26,351 bases of DNA from a virus (taxonomy: Duplodnaviria; Caudoviricetes). Both the position numbers and the translations under genes were made by a program. The notes beneath the pieces were generated by a model. The model worked only from the letters and a program-made list of their open reading frames with translations. It made no database searches and had not been told where the DNA came from. The stretch lies in IMG/VR virus record IMGVR_UViG_3300044513_000278, positions 1 through 26,351 of that record. One strand, given 5' to 3'. Position 1 is the stretch's first letter. Each line of letters starts with the position of its first letter. Below are positions 6,511-16,456 of this stretch, in pieces.

Positions 6511-9081
6511 ATGGAACAAATAGGTTATCAAGGGTACGCCCAGACAACCGGATTCAATCCAGTTAAAGTATCACAGGCAAACGTCGAAGCTATCGCACGC
6601 GATGGCGCTCGTACCATCAAAGGTATGAAAGAGTTTGCCGCTCAAGACATTAAGAACCGAAGAGCATTAGCAGATACTCTTACCCGCAATGCTCAACTTG
6701 AAGAACAGAATCGTAAGGATTACTTTGAAGCTGAGACACGGGACCGTCAGCGTCATCAAGCTGCAATCGCAGCCAACTTCAAAACAGAGATCCAAAGCAT
6801 CGAGACTCGTGGCAACAACGCTGCAAACCTCTTTAAGGATCTCTCTGCTCTGAGCACAACTGCTGGTCAGATTGCCAGTAAGGTCATCACCGACATTGAA
6901 ACGGAACGGGAAACAGCTGACCTGTGGGCGAACGTCCTCTTTGGCGTTGATAATAAAGAGCTGATGAAGCAGCTTGAAGATGAACACAAGATCTTCATTG
7001 CTGGTGAGGTTTATGAAACCAAAGCTGATCAACTGGAAGCGATGGGATCTGATCCTGTCACAATCAACAGTTTCCGTCAGCAGAATGCTTCTAAGCTAAT
7101 CCGCAATAAGAAAGGTCGTGTTCTAGCTGCTGGTAAGAGCTTCCCTGAATATGTCCAAGCTGCCTTCCAAGACGAGAAGCTAGTCGTTAGCTTCCGTACA
7201 GCCGACGGCACTACCAAGACCATTAAGGCAAGCGATGCTGTCACCAGCGCTGATAAGGCTGCTGTCTTCCCAGAGCTGTACAAACGTTTCCTTGTTGAAA
7301 ATGATCTTCATAAGCTGAGAGCAACAATGCTTGCTCCGCTTCATGAGATTGCTTACAACCAATTCTCCTCTACTGTCAACGAAGCACGGCAGCTAGAACT
7401 TAAAGAATCCAAAGCTAAGAGCCTTGAAGAAGCAAAGGACTACCTCACTGACACTGGGTCAGTCGAAGGCTTCCAAAACCTTTACCGAGTTCTCAAGCGT
7501 CAGAACGGCTACGTAGAAGGTCGTAAGGAGTTGTTCAAGCACATCTTCACCGCAACTGATGGTGAAGGTGGAATGCTCTACAGCGACACACAGTTGGAAG
7601 AGTTCCTTGCTCAACCGTTTGATGACCAACCCACCAAGGCAATTGGTGAGCGGTTTTCAAATGAAATGGCTGAGTACCGGAACCTCCGTCGTAAAGCTCA
7701 GACCGGATACATCAACGACATCACCGCTGCTGAAAATGCTAGCAACAGTGAGTGGACTTCAGAAGCTGAGAAGTGGGTACAAAACAACAACCCCAACCAA
7801 CAGCAGATTGAAGACCTGATTGAAACAGCTAAGCGTTCTGGCAACTTTGAAGGTGCACGAGTTCTGGCTGGCTACATGGAGTTCACTCCCGAAGGTCAGC
7901 AAGACAAGATGTTCTCTGAGCTGTGGAGTGAGTACGAAGCAAACGGCACCCTCACTCAAGAGGAAGTGCGTAAAGCACCTGTGTCGTCCAAGCTGAAGAG
8001 TGAGTGGCTGAAAAAGGCTAAGGACTCTGAAAGCAGCGCCATGTCTAAGGAGACGATGACGGACATCACTAACGTCATCAACGGCAAGCTTCGTGGTCGC
8101 ATTAACGATGTCAAAGGTGAGACCAAGAACCCAACCATGGCTCTTGCTCTACGTGCAGCAAAGATTCAAGCTCAACGTGACTATCGTCTTGCTTTGTTGA
8201 AGCCAGGCGCTACCCAGGAGGATGCATTTAATTATGCAATCCAACGGTTTGAGCACGAGTTTGAAAGAGAAGGTGGTCGGTATCGCATCAAAGATGTGAC
8301 TGACAAAGGTGTGTACATGCCTGAGTTTGAGGCATTCAGCATCAAAGGTACTGCTCAGATGGCGTACCCATTGAACACGGTGATGCAGAAGGTCAAGGCA
8401 CACCCCGATGCTCTTGACAGTCAAGAACTCATTAGCAGACCAGAACTGGAAAGGATCGTCAAACAACGCACTTCTGGTAAGGCAGTCAGCATCCCTCCGT
8501 CTGCTCAGGCTATTGCCAACATGTACGGCGGCAACATCAACGCTCTTGAGGTTGTGAACCGTCAGTTGAAGCGTGCTGGTCTTGAACAGATCCCTCTTGA
8601 GGCTTACCAACAGAAGCTGACAAGCATTGATCCTGAATACCAGCGTCTACTGACCTACCGACCTAACACCACACGAGCATCCATAGCTGCTATTGCTAGC
8701 GGTTATACGATCCCCGGATTGGCCTCTCAGGGGTCCTACGGGGAGGGTGTGTGGCGTCAAGGTGAGTATATGCGTCCACGTGTAGTTGAGTACATTACAG
8801 GCGATCGTAGCCACCCCAGATACGCTGCTGATCACGGTGGTGGTAACTACCACGAACACGTTGCCTACGCGACTTCTGCTGAAGCATTACTTGCTGCACG
8901 AAAGCTTGAAGCACAAGGCATCAAGGTGACTGAACTAAAAGGCCATAGTCGTGTTGGTCGTCACTCTCCAAACTCCTATCACTACGACGGCAGAGCGTTT
9001 GACGTTCCTGCCTCTCAAGTCCCTGTTGGACAAGAACAAGCACTGTCACGAAGAGTTCGTGCAATCCTTGGCATTAAATAG
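6511..9081 (+). CDS. Internal virion protein, T7 gp15-like, with a C-terminal putative Zn-peptidase (M15/LAS-like) domain
   Basis: 856 aa, predicted helical, at the gp15 position. The C-terminus contains SYHYDGRAFD (S-x-H-x6-D) and YHEH. Confidence 0.65.
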   Translation: MEQIGYQGYAQTTGFNPVKVSQANVEAIARDGARTIKGMKEFAAQDIKNRRALADTLTRNAQLEEQNRKDYFEAETRDRQRHQAAIAANFKTEIQSIETRGNNAANLFKDLSALSTTAGQIASKVITDIETERETADLWANVLFGVDNKELMKQLEDEHKIFIAGEVYETKADQLEAMGSDPVTINSFRQQNASKLIRNKKGRVLAAGKSFPEYVQAAFQDEKLVVSFRTADGTTKTIKASDAVTSADKAAVFPELYKRFLVENDLHKLRATMLAPLHEIAYNQFSSTVNEARQLELKESKAKSLEEAKDYLTDTGSVEGFQNLYRVLKRQNGYVEGRKELFKHIFTATDGEGGMLYSDTQLEEFLAQPFDDQPTKAIGERFSNEMAEYRNLRRKAQTGYINDITAAENASNSEWTSEAEKWVQNNNPNQQQIEDLIETAKRSGNFEGARVLAGYMEFTPEGQQDKMFSELWSEYEANGTLTQEEVRKAPVSSKLKSEWLKKAKDSESSAMSKETMTDITNVINGKLRGRINDVKGETKNPTMALALRAAKIQAQRDYRLALLKPGATQEDAFNYAIQRFEHEFEREGGRYRIKDVTDKGVYMPEFEAFSIKGTAQMAYPLNTVMQKVKAHPDALDSQELISRPELERIVKQRTSGKAVSIPPSAQAIANMYGGNINALEVVNRQLKRAGLEQIPLEAYQQKLTSIDPEYQRLLTYRPNTTRASIAAIASGYTIPGLASQGSYGEGVWRQGEYMRPRVVEYITGDRSHPRYAADHGGGNYHEHVAYATSAEALLAARKLEAQGIKVTELKGHSRVGRHSPNSYHYDGRAFDVPASQVPVGQEQALSRRVRAILGIK

Positions 9082-9083
9082 AA

Positions 9084-12000
9084 ATGAACGATTACTTTAA
9101 TCCAACAACTCCTGACGTACAGATCGACCCCGATCAAGAAAAGTACGTTGAGGATATGAATCAACTTGCAGCTCAGCAAGCTCAAGAAGATGAACAAGCC
9201 AAGCAAGCCGAACTGCAGCAGCAGGAGGCTGCCAAGAAACAAGCAGAAGAAGACGCCAAGATGAAGCAGTACGAAGGTGCTGGTGGTGCTGTGAAACTCG
9301 TTGGTGAGTCAGCAGCATCCACAGTCCTTGGTGTTGGTGACTTTGTTGCTGACGTTGCGGGTCTTGTTCCATTCAGCAAACCCCTTGATAACTGGTGGGA
9401 TGAGAACTCCCCTCGGTTCAACCACCCACTGACCGATGCTGTCCGCAACGCATCCTCCGTAATCATCCCCTCCCTTGTTGGTGGTGCTGGCGTCCTTAGG
9501 GGTGCCACCCTGGCAACCAAGGGGATGCAGCTGGCTAAGGGTGTCCGTGTTGCTGGCTCCATTGCAGCAGCTGCTGGTGTGGATGCTTCCGTCACTGCTA
9601 TCTCCAGTACGTCTGAAAGGGACGACAACGTTGCTGGTGCTCTGAACAAGTGGCTCGGTACCGACATCCCCTGGGGTACGAGGGATTCGGATACCCCCGA
9701 CATCAAGCGACAGAAGAACGTCATGGAGGCTGCTGGCCTCACGGTTGGCGTTGACCTGCTGTCAGCTGTCTTTGCTCTACGTAAGGGGATCAAGATCACG
9801 CCTAAGGACGAGATCGCAGAAGCATCCCTGGAAGTTCAAGCCATGAAGCTGAACCCCGACGACGATCCCATCTCGGCTGCAGTCGGTAAGGCTCAAGCCG
9901 ACAGAGCACTTGAGGTTGACGAGGAAGCTCTCCGTGCATTGGAAGCCGGTCCTGCGACATACAACCCCTTCATCAACAACGTCGCTGAGGCTCAAGCCAA
10001 AGGCGTTGTCAACACTGACGCCAACGCGATCCTTGCCAAGGTCGATCACGCACGTATCCAGAACAACGTCGATACGTTGAACGGTCGTGCAACCCCCGTT
10101 GCTACGGAGTACTTCCAAAAGAACTTCATGGAAGCTGCTGACGGCACAGAACGTGCAGCCAACCTTGAGGAGCTGTTTGGGACAATCAAGCCTCAGGTTG
10201 ATGCGACTGTAGGCAAGACCAAGCTCACCGCCAAGGTCATTGACGGTGCTGTGGACAATCTAGTCAATGCTGTCCTGAAGCCTGACGGTGGTATCGAAGA
10301 GTTCACCAAGACCGTTGAGGCGATGAAGAAGAACGTCTACAACGACGTGATGCTTCTGGACGAAGAGGGAGCGCTTGTAGCTGCTACAGCCTTCCGCAAG
10401 GTCTTTGATGAGGTCTTTGACCCTGACAAGATTCGTGCCTCAGCAATGCTGACTCAAAACGCTGCTGACAACGTTGCAGACACCGCTAGAGCAGCGATGC
10501 TGCTGGATGGTCTGGCTGACACCAGTCGCCAACAAGAGATCGTCATGAACAAGATGGCGCTGCTTGCCGGTGAGATCAGAGTCAACCAAGCCATCAGTGG
10601 TATGGCACTGAACTACAAGAAGTTTCTCAAGGCAGGGAAGAAGGAAGAAGCTGTCGCCTACCTGGCTACTGCGGACACCCAACTCAACGAGGTGATCGCC
10701 AACGCACAGACCAAGGGACGGAAGCTGGTAGACGAACTACAAGAGATCCGCACCCAGAACCCTGAGTACCTCAAGCCGTTCATGGAGGCGTATGACTCAA
10801 CCAACGGTGATGTGGACACTCTCTTCAAGCTCCACCGCTACGGGGAAGACCGTATTGGTCTGATCAAGAAAGCCTTCTACGACGGCAACCCTGAGGTCCC
10901 AAGCGCTGTGGTGCAGGGTCTGCAAGGGGTCCGATACAACAACATCCTTTCCGGTATGTCTGCTGTACGTGCTGCTGTGGGTAACGCCACCTACCTCGTC
11001 GCTAAGCCTGTCTCTGTCCTTGCAGGTGCGTTCGCTACCAAGGATGCTGACGTGATGCGACGTGCACTGCACACCTTTGGTGGTGTGGGTGAGTCGTTCC
11101 GACGTGGCTTGAAGCTGATGGGGGACGAGTGGCGTCTAGCCAACAGCAACCCGGAAGGGATCATGACCCGTGGTCGTGCTGACCTGGCTCAATCCCGTAT
11201 GGATGACCTGGAAGTCATGGAAAGCATGGCTGATGGATGGCGTGCCAACGGTGAGAACGGCAAGGTTGCTATGTGGAACCTGGCTAAGGGTCTCAGCTGG
11301 TACAACAATAATCCATTTGTCCGCTACGGTACAAATGCGATGTATGCCATTGACGGCTTTACCAAGGCGTTTGCTACGTCGATGGTTACCCGAGCCAAGG
11401 CATACGACGAGTTCTTCGATGCCTCTAAGGGTGTCTTGGATGAGGCTGGCTTTGCAGCCAAGCAGAAGCAGCTGTACGACGAGGCATTCGACAACACCGG
11501 TCTCCTGACTGACAAGGCAGCAAGCTTTGTCTCCAGTGAAATCAGCTTGAACCTTGACTCTGATGTGGTGAATCGCCTTGAGAACCTCATGCAGAAGGTT
11601 CCTGCGATGAAGTCCCTGTTCATGTTCCCCCGTACCGGTGTCAACGCACTGGAGATGGGATGGTCATTCACCCCGATGAGTGGTCTTGGAATGGCTATGG
11701 GACGTGCTCGGAAGGTCCTGAAAGCCACGAGCAAAGAGGAAATGATCGAAGCTCTGGCTGAGCACGGTATTGATTGGACGGGTGAAGGTGCTGATATTGC
11801 CTTCCGTTCCCTTAAGTCGGAGTACCTGGGTCGTCAGATCATGGGTTCGACTGTCGTTGTGGGAGCTGGCTTATGGGCGCTTGAGGGGAACCTGACCGGT
11901 AACGGTCCCCAAGACGCTGCAGAGAAGCGGCGGATGATCTCTATGGGATGGCAACCGCTATCCGTCAGAAACCCGTTCACTGGTGAATGGCATAGCTACA

Positions 12001-12920
12001 GGGGATTTGAACCGTTTGACTCCCTGTTGGGGATGGTCGGTGATGCCGTGTACAACGCTAGCCGTGTAGACGAGGCTGTCACTGAAGACTTCTTCCGGAA
12101 GATCTCCTACTCCATCAGTATGAACGTTGCTAATAAGACGTTCCTTAGCGGCTTTGAGCCTTTGGTTTCAATGCTGTCTGGTGATGAGGGTGCGTGGAAC
12201 AGGTTCTTGGCTGGTCAAGCCGACGCAATGATCCCGTACACAGGTGTTCGTAGCACCTTGTCCCAAGCCATCACACCTCAACTGAAGGATGTTGAGAACG
12301 ACATTGGCTCTTACCTGAAGAACCGCAATAAGTTCCTGTTCAGCAGCGATGATCAGTTGAAGGATCTTGTGGACATCTACACAGGTGAACCGATCAAGTA
12401 CCAAGAGCCGTTGACTGCTGCAGCTAACGCTTTGATGCCGTTCTTCAAGAGCAACGGTGGTATGGAACCTTGGAGGCAGTGGCTGCTGTCTACGGGTTGG
12501 GACAACCTCCAGACCCTTCGGACAGATAAGAATACTGGTCAACCATTGAACGTTGAGCAACGGTCCTACATCAACAACTGGATTGCTCAGAACATGGATC
12601 TAAAAGGCACCATCGAAAAGATGATGACCCGTCCCGATGGTTATTGGGATAAGAAGATCCGTGAGTACACCAAGAACCGTGGTCAACAGACCCAAGCTCA
12701 GTACCCAATCAAACAGCTTGTCGTCCACCAAATGCTCGACAAGATCCACAATGATGCCTTCAACGCTGCCTTTGCAGCTATGGAGCAGAACAACGCTGTC
12801 AGCGCACACATTGCTGGACTGACGAAACAACGGAATACTTACCTGAACAGAGGTCAGACCTCTGAAGCAAACGATAAAGCCACCCAACTTCAGAACTTGC
12901 TACAGATGCAACCTAAGTAA
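9084..12920 (+). CDS. Large internal virion protein, T7 gp16-like
   Basis: 1278 aa, largest core gene, immediately before the tail fibre. Gly/Ala-rich hydrophobic segments and LFMFPRTG.N / LTGNGP motifs of the kind found in gp16-like proteins. Confidence 0.75.
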   Translation: MNDYFNPTTPDVQIDPDQEKYVEDMNQLAAQQAQEDEQAKQAELQQQEAAKKQAEEDAKMKQYEGAGGAVKLVGESAASTVLGVGDFVADVAGLVPFSKPLDNWWDENSPRFNHPLTDAVRNASSVIIPSLVGGAGVLRGATLATKGMQLAKGVRVAGSIAAAAGVDASVTAISSTSERDDNVAGALNKWLGTDIPWGTRDSDTPDIKRQKNVMEAAGLTVGVDLLSAVFALRKGIKITPKDEIAEASLEVQAMKLNPDDDPISAAVGKAQADRALEVDEEALRALEAGPATYNPFINNVAEAQAKGVVNTDANAILAKVDHARIQNNVDTLNGRATPVATEYFQKNFMEAADGTERAANLEELFGTIKPQVDATVGKTKLTAKVIDGAVDNLVNAVLKPDGGIEEFTKTVEAMKKNVYNDVMLLDEEGALVAATAFRKVFDEVFDPDKIRASAMLTQNAADNVADTARAAMLLDGLADTSRQQEIVMNKMALLAGEIRVNQAISGMALNYKKFLKAGKKEEAVAYLATADTQLNEVIANAQTKGRKLVDELQEIRTQNPEYLKPFMEAYDSTNGDVDTLFKLHRYGEDRIGLIKKAFYDGNPEVPSAVVQGLQGVRYNNILSGMSAVRAAVGNATYLVAKPVSVLAGAFATKDADVMRRALHTFGGVGESFRRGLKLMGDEWRLANSNPEGIMTRGRADLAQSRMDDLEVMESMADGWRANGENGKVAMWNLAKGLSWYNNNPFVRYGTNAMYAIDGFTKAFATSMVTRAKAYDEFFDASKGVLDEAGFAAKQKQLYDEAFDNTGLLTDKAASFVSSEISLNLDSDVVNRLENLMQKVPAMKSLFMFPRTGVNALEMGWSFTPMSGLGMAMGRARKVLKATSKEEMIEALAEHGIDWTGEGADIAFRSLKSEYLGRQIMGSTVVVGAGLWALEGNLTGNGPQDAAEKRRMISMGWQPLSVRNPFTGEWHSYRGFEPFDSLLGMVGDAVYNASRVDEAVTEDFFRKISYSISMNVANKTFLSGFEPLVSMLSGDEGAWNRFLAGQADAMIPYTGVRSTLSQAITPQLKDVENDIGSYLKNRNKFLFSSDDQLKDLVDIYTGEPIKYQEPLTAAANALMPFFKSNGGMEPWRQWLLSTGWDNLQTLRTDKNTGQPLNVEQRSYINNWIAQNMDLKGTIEKMMTRPDGYWDKKIREYTKNRGQQTQAQYPIKQLVVHQMLDKIHNDAFNAAFAAMEQNNAVSAHIAGLTKQRNTYLNRGQTSEANDKATQLQNLLQMQPK

Positions 12921-12926
12921 AAGCAC

Positions 12927-15839
12927 ATGGCTATCACTCAGAATACTTACACAGGGGACGGGTCAACCGTCCTTTTTTCTTTTACCTTCCCATACATTGA
13001 GACCACCGACATCAAGGTACGCCTTGACGGTGCAGTTACAACTAGCTTCACATTAGCCAACGCTACAACTATTCAATTCACCAGTGCACCTGCAAACGGT
13101 GTTGTCATTGACATCTACCGTGAGACAGACACTGATGAGAAGGCGGCTACCTTCTACCCAGGCTCAGCCATCCGTTCATCTGATTTGAACGATGACTTTG
13201 ATCAGATCCTGTATGCAACCCAAGAGGTAAACAACAACTCTTGGAACAAGATCACCAACACCATCAGCAGTAACGAGACTTGGGTTAGCAATGACAGCAA
13301 CGTTGCTACAACTGCTGCAATGGATGCTCGCTTCCAAGACGAAGCACAAGAGACCAATGAAAGCACTGAGACCTGGGTCAGCGATGATAATCGTGTACCC
13401 ACTACAGCTGCTACTGATGCTCGTGTAGATGGAAAGATTGATGCTGCCATCACTGGTGACATCGGTACAGACGGTACTGGCATCACAATCACTAACGATG
13501 GTGACGGAACTATTACCCTTGGTCTTGGTGCAAATTCTATCGATCTTGATAGGATTAAAGATGCTGACATTGTAACGTCTGCCGAAGCTAATCCTAATAA
13601 CGATACTACTATCGCTACTACGGCTAAGATCGACGACATGATCGATGAAGCCATTACTGGTGATATTCTTATTGATAGCACCGGTTTAACCAAAGTTACC
13701 AGCGGTGGACAAACCACTCTTGGTATTGGTGCAAATAGCGTTGATCTTGATCGTATTAAAGATAGTCAGATCATCACTTATGCTGAGCAAAATGCGGGTT
13801 CTCCTGCTCCTGCTGATACTAATATCTTTACTGCCTCTGCTGCTGCACAACGGTTTGATACTCTTGTACAAACCTCTACCCCCATTGGTAGCGATTGGGA
13901 AGTAGGTAAAACCTGGCTGCAGAATGATGATGACCTTACCGTTTCTATTTGGAATGGTACAGGTTGGACTGCTATTAGTTCAGGTGGTGCTTTCCGAGAG
14001 CAGACTAATGTAGTTTATGTTGATCCTACTGGTGATGATGCCAGTACTGGTCACCGGATTAGCGCACCTAAGCAGACTATTAAAGCTGCTATCAATCAGA
14101 TTAACGCAGAAATTGATATTAGCCTGACTAGCGGTGGTAGTGGATATCTAGAAGGTACTTATTCTAATGTAAGCCTTACTGGTGGTACTGGTACTGGCTT
14201 GTCTGCAAACATTACTGTTAATGCTAGTGGTGTTGTCAGCTCTGTGACGTTGACTAGTACCACTCCTCTTATCAATAGCTACAACATCGGTGATGTTCTG
14301 TCTGCTGCTGATGCTGACCTTGGTAATAACGGCGGTTCTGGTCTCAGCATTGCTGTGACTGGTGACGGTGATGGACAAATTGTTGTCGTTGCTGCTGGTG
14401 TCTATCGGGAGTATGCTCCTATTCAAATCAAACGCCGCAACGTTTCCATTATTGGTCAAGCACTCCGTAGCTGTATTGTTCATCCTCATCCTACTACAGA
14501 AACTAACAACCTGTTTGAACTTAACAGCGGTAGTTATCTGAGCAGTATGACATTTACTGGTGTTAAAGCTGGTACTGGAACTGGTAACACTCTTGATTCA
14601 ACGCTTCCTACTACTCAAGGTTGGAATGCTGCGTTCTACAGTGGTGCATATATTACTAAGTCTCCTTACATCCAGAATTGTACTAATTTCTCGGATAGTG
14701 AGATTAACAACAACGATTTGAGAGCACACCGTCCCCGTGGTGGTGCTGCTGGTGATATTGATTCTCTGCCTACTGGTGGTGGTCTTTTGGTTAACGGTGC
14801 TGCAGTTAACAGCAATAGTCCTTTGAGGTCTATGGTGTGCGACAGCTACACCCACGTTGCACTGAATGGTCCTGGTATCCTTGTCACTAACAACGGTTAT
14901 GTGCAGGCTACTTCTAGCTACGCATTTTTCAACAAGTATCACATCAAGTGTCTGAATGGTGGTCAGGCAAACCTCGCTGCTTCTACCACCGATTTTGGTG
15001 ATGAAGCATTGGTTGCTGATGGTAAATCTACAACTGCGATCTTTACTGCAATCACTACTGTTGATGCAGCTGATCAAGACATTACGTTTACTATTGGTGC
15101 TCCTGCACTTGGAAGTTCTTGGCACGGTACTGCTACACGCCCGCAAGGCAATATGCTAGCAGTTGTTAATAATATCACTTATCCTGTGCTGTCTGCTACT
15201 GCAAATGGTGCTGGATGGGATGTAACTATTAGCCGTCCTAACCCAAGTCTACGCAGTCAAAACCTAGGTCTTAATGGTGCTGTACTTACTGGAGCCGCAG
15301 TTGAGTTCTACCTTCGTTCACAGATCGCTTCTAGCGGTCACACAATGGAGTACGTGGGTAGTGGTACTGACTACCGTGCTCTTCCTGAGAACGGTGGAGT
15401 ACCTGACGATAGCAAGCAGATTGTTGAATCCAACTACGGTAAAGTTTGGACTGCTATTACCGATCAGAACGGTAAGTTTAAGATTGGTGACTTTTTTGAA
15501 GTAGACCAACGTACTGGATTTATTAACTTCAGTGCAGGTTCTTACGCCTTTGACGTTGTAACTGATACCACGCCTGAGCTTGGTGGTCAACTCGATGCAC
15601 TGACAAATAAAATTGTCAATCTTGGTACTCCTACTGCTGCACAAGATGCTGCTACTAAAGCTTATGTAGACAGTGTAGCCACTAATGTTGATGTAGGTTT
15701 TATTGAAACCCCTCAAACTCAAACCTCTAACAAAGTAATTGCTGCTAATACCAATGCAGCTTGTATTGGTCCAATTTCACTTGACCCTGGGGTCACAATC
15801 ACTATCGGCGCTAATTCCAAACTTGTTGTTCTTAACTAA
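12927..15839 (+). CDS. Tail fibre/tailspike with a T7 gp17-type N-terminal anchor and a putative beta-helix domain
   Basis: N-terminal NTYTGDGSTVLFSFTFPYI...IYRETD...F.PGSAIRSSDLND.F.Q.LY.TQE is the T7 gp17 attachment domain. VYVDPTGDD...TIKAAI...VAAGVYRE..PI.I...VSIIG resembles the start of a pectin-lyase-like beta-helix. Confidence 0.88.
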   Translation: MAITQNTYTGDGSTVLFSFTFPYIETTDIKVRLDGAVTTSFTLANATTIQFTSAPANGVVIDIYRETDTDEKAATFYPGSAIRSSDLNDDFDQILYATQEVNNNSWNKITNTISSNETWVSNDSNVATTAAMDARFQDEAQETNESTETWVSDDNRVPTTAATDARVDGKIDAAITGDIGTDGTGITITNDGDGTITLGLGANSIDLDRIKDADIVTSAEANPNNDTTIATTAKIDDMIDEAITGDILIDSTGLTKVTSGGQTTLGIGANSVDLDRIKDSQIITYAEQNAGSPAPADTNIFTASAAAQRFDTLVQTSTPIGSDWEVGKTWLQNDDDLTVSIWNGTGWTAISSGGAFREQTNVVYVDPTGDDASTGHRISAPKQTIKAAINQINAEIDISLTSGGSGYLEGTYSNVSLTGGTGTGLSANITVNASGVVSSVTLTSTTPLINSYNIGDVLSAADADLGNNGGSGLSIAVTGDGDGQIVVVAAGVYREYAPIQIKRRNVSIIGQALRSCIVHPHPTTETNNLFELNSGSYLSSMTFTGVKAGTGTGNTLDSTLPTTQGWNAAFYSGAYITKSPYIQNCTNFSDSEINNNDLRAHRPRGGAAGDIDSLPTGGGLLVNGAAVNSNSPLRSMVCDSYTHVALNGPGILVTNNGYVQATSSYAFFNKYHIKCLNGGQANLAASTTDFGDEALVADGKSTTAIFTAITTVDAADQDITFTIGAPALGSSWHGTATRPQGNMLAVVNNITYPVLSATANGAGWDVTISRPNPSLRSQNLGLNGAVLTGAAVEFYLRSQIASSGHTMEYVGSGTDYRALPENGGVPDDSKQIVESNYGKVWTAITDQNGKFKIGDFFEVDQRTGFINFSAGSYAFDVVTDTTPELGGQLDALTNKIVNLGTPTAAQDAATKAYVDSVATNVDVGFIETPQTQTSNKVIAANTNAACIGPISLDPGVTITIGANSKLVVLN
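13269..13780 (+). repeat. Degenerate protein-level tandem repeats in the tail-fibre shaft
   Basis: SNETWVSNDSNVATTAAMDAR / STETWVSDDNRVPTTAATDAR (31-aa period) and IDAAITGDI...LGLGANSIDLDRIKD / IDEAITGDI...LGIGANSVDLDRIKD (about 67-68-aa period; DNA copies near 13527-13562 and 13728-13763). Confidence 0.8.
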
Positions 15840-15841
15840 TT

Positions 15842-16453
15842 ATGGCTTACGGAAAAATTAAAGCAGACACCCTTACCTGGGATAACGGCGGATCTGATGT
15901 AGACATTACTATTTCTACGATCCCTGATGCAGCTGACCTGGCTGCTAAGGCTGACCTGGCTTCCCCGGCTCTGACCGGCACTCCTACTGCTCCTACAGCA
16001 GCACAAGGTACTAACACTACTCAAGTCGCTACGACTGAATACGTCCAGGCTGAGGTTGGTGTTTCTGTTCAAGCTTACGACGCTGACACCGCAAAGACTG
16101 ACGTTGCTCAGACCTTTACTGCTGCTCAACGCGGTGCAATCACCAGCCTGACTGGTGCATCGCCTACCCCTGACTTCTCTGCTTCTAACAACTTTAAGAT
16201 CACCACGTCTGGCACGACTGCTGTCGGCACTCCTACCAACATTGTGGCTGGTCAGACTGGCTCCATCTTTATTGTTTACGGCGGTGCAGACGGTATTAGC
16301 TTCCCTGCTGCATTCAAGTTTGTAGGCGGTCAGGCAGGTATTACTCCTACCTCTACCGCTTCTGCAATTGATCGTCTGGACTACATCGTTCTGGATGCTA
16401 CTGGTGGTTCTGAAGTGATCACCGTTAACTTCACCGCTAACTACGTGGCATAA
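15842..16453 (+). CDS. Short tail-fibre/connector protein
   Basis: 203 aa containing the common fibre motif KADLASPALTGTPTAPTAAQGTNTTQVATTEYV and a C-terminal PTNIVAGQTGSIFI...AIDRLDY segment; lies between two fibre genes. Confidence 0.7.
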   Translation: MAYGKIKADTLTWDNGGSDVDITISTIPDAADLAAKADLASPALTGTPTAPTAAQGTNTTQVATTEYVQAEVGVSVQAYDADTAKTDVAQTFTAAQRGAITSLTGASPTPDFSASNNFKITTSGTTAVGTPTNIVAGQTGSIFIVYGGADGISFPAAFKFVGGQAGITPTSTASAIDRLDYIVLDATGGSEVITVNFTANYVA

Positions 16454-16456
16454 GTT

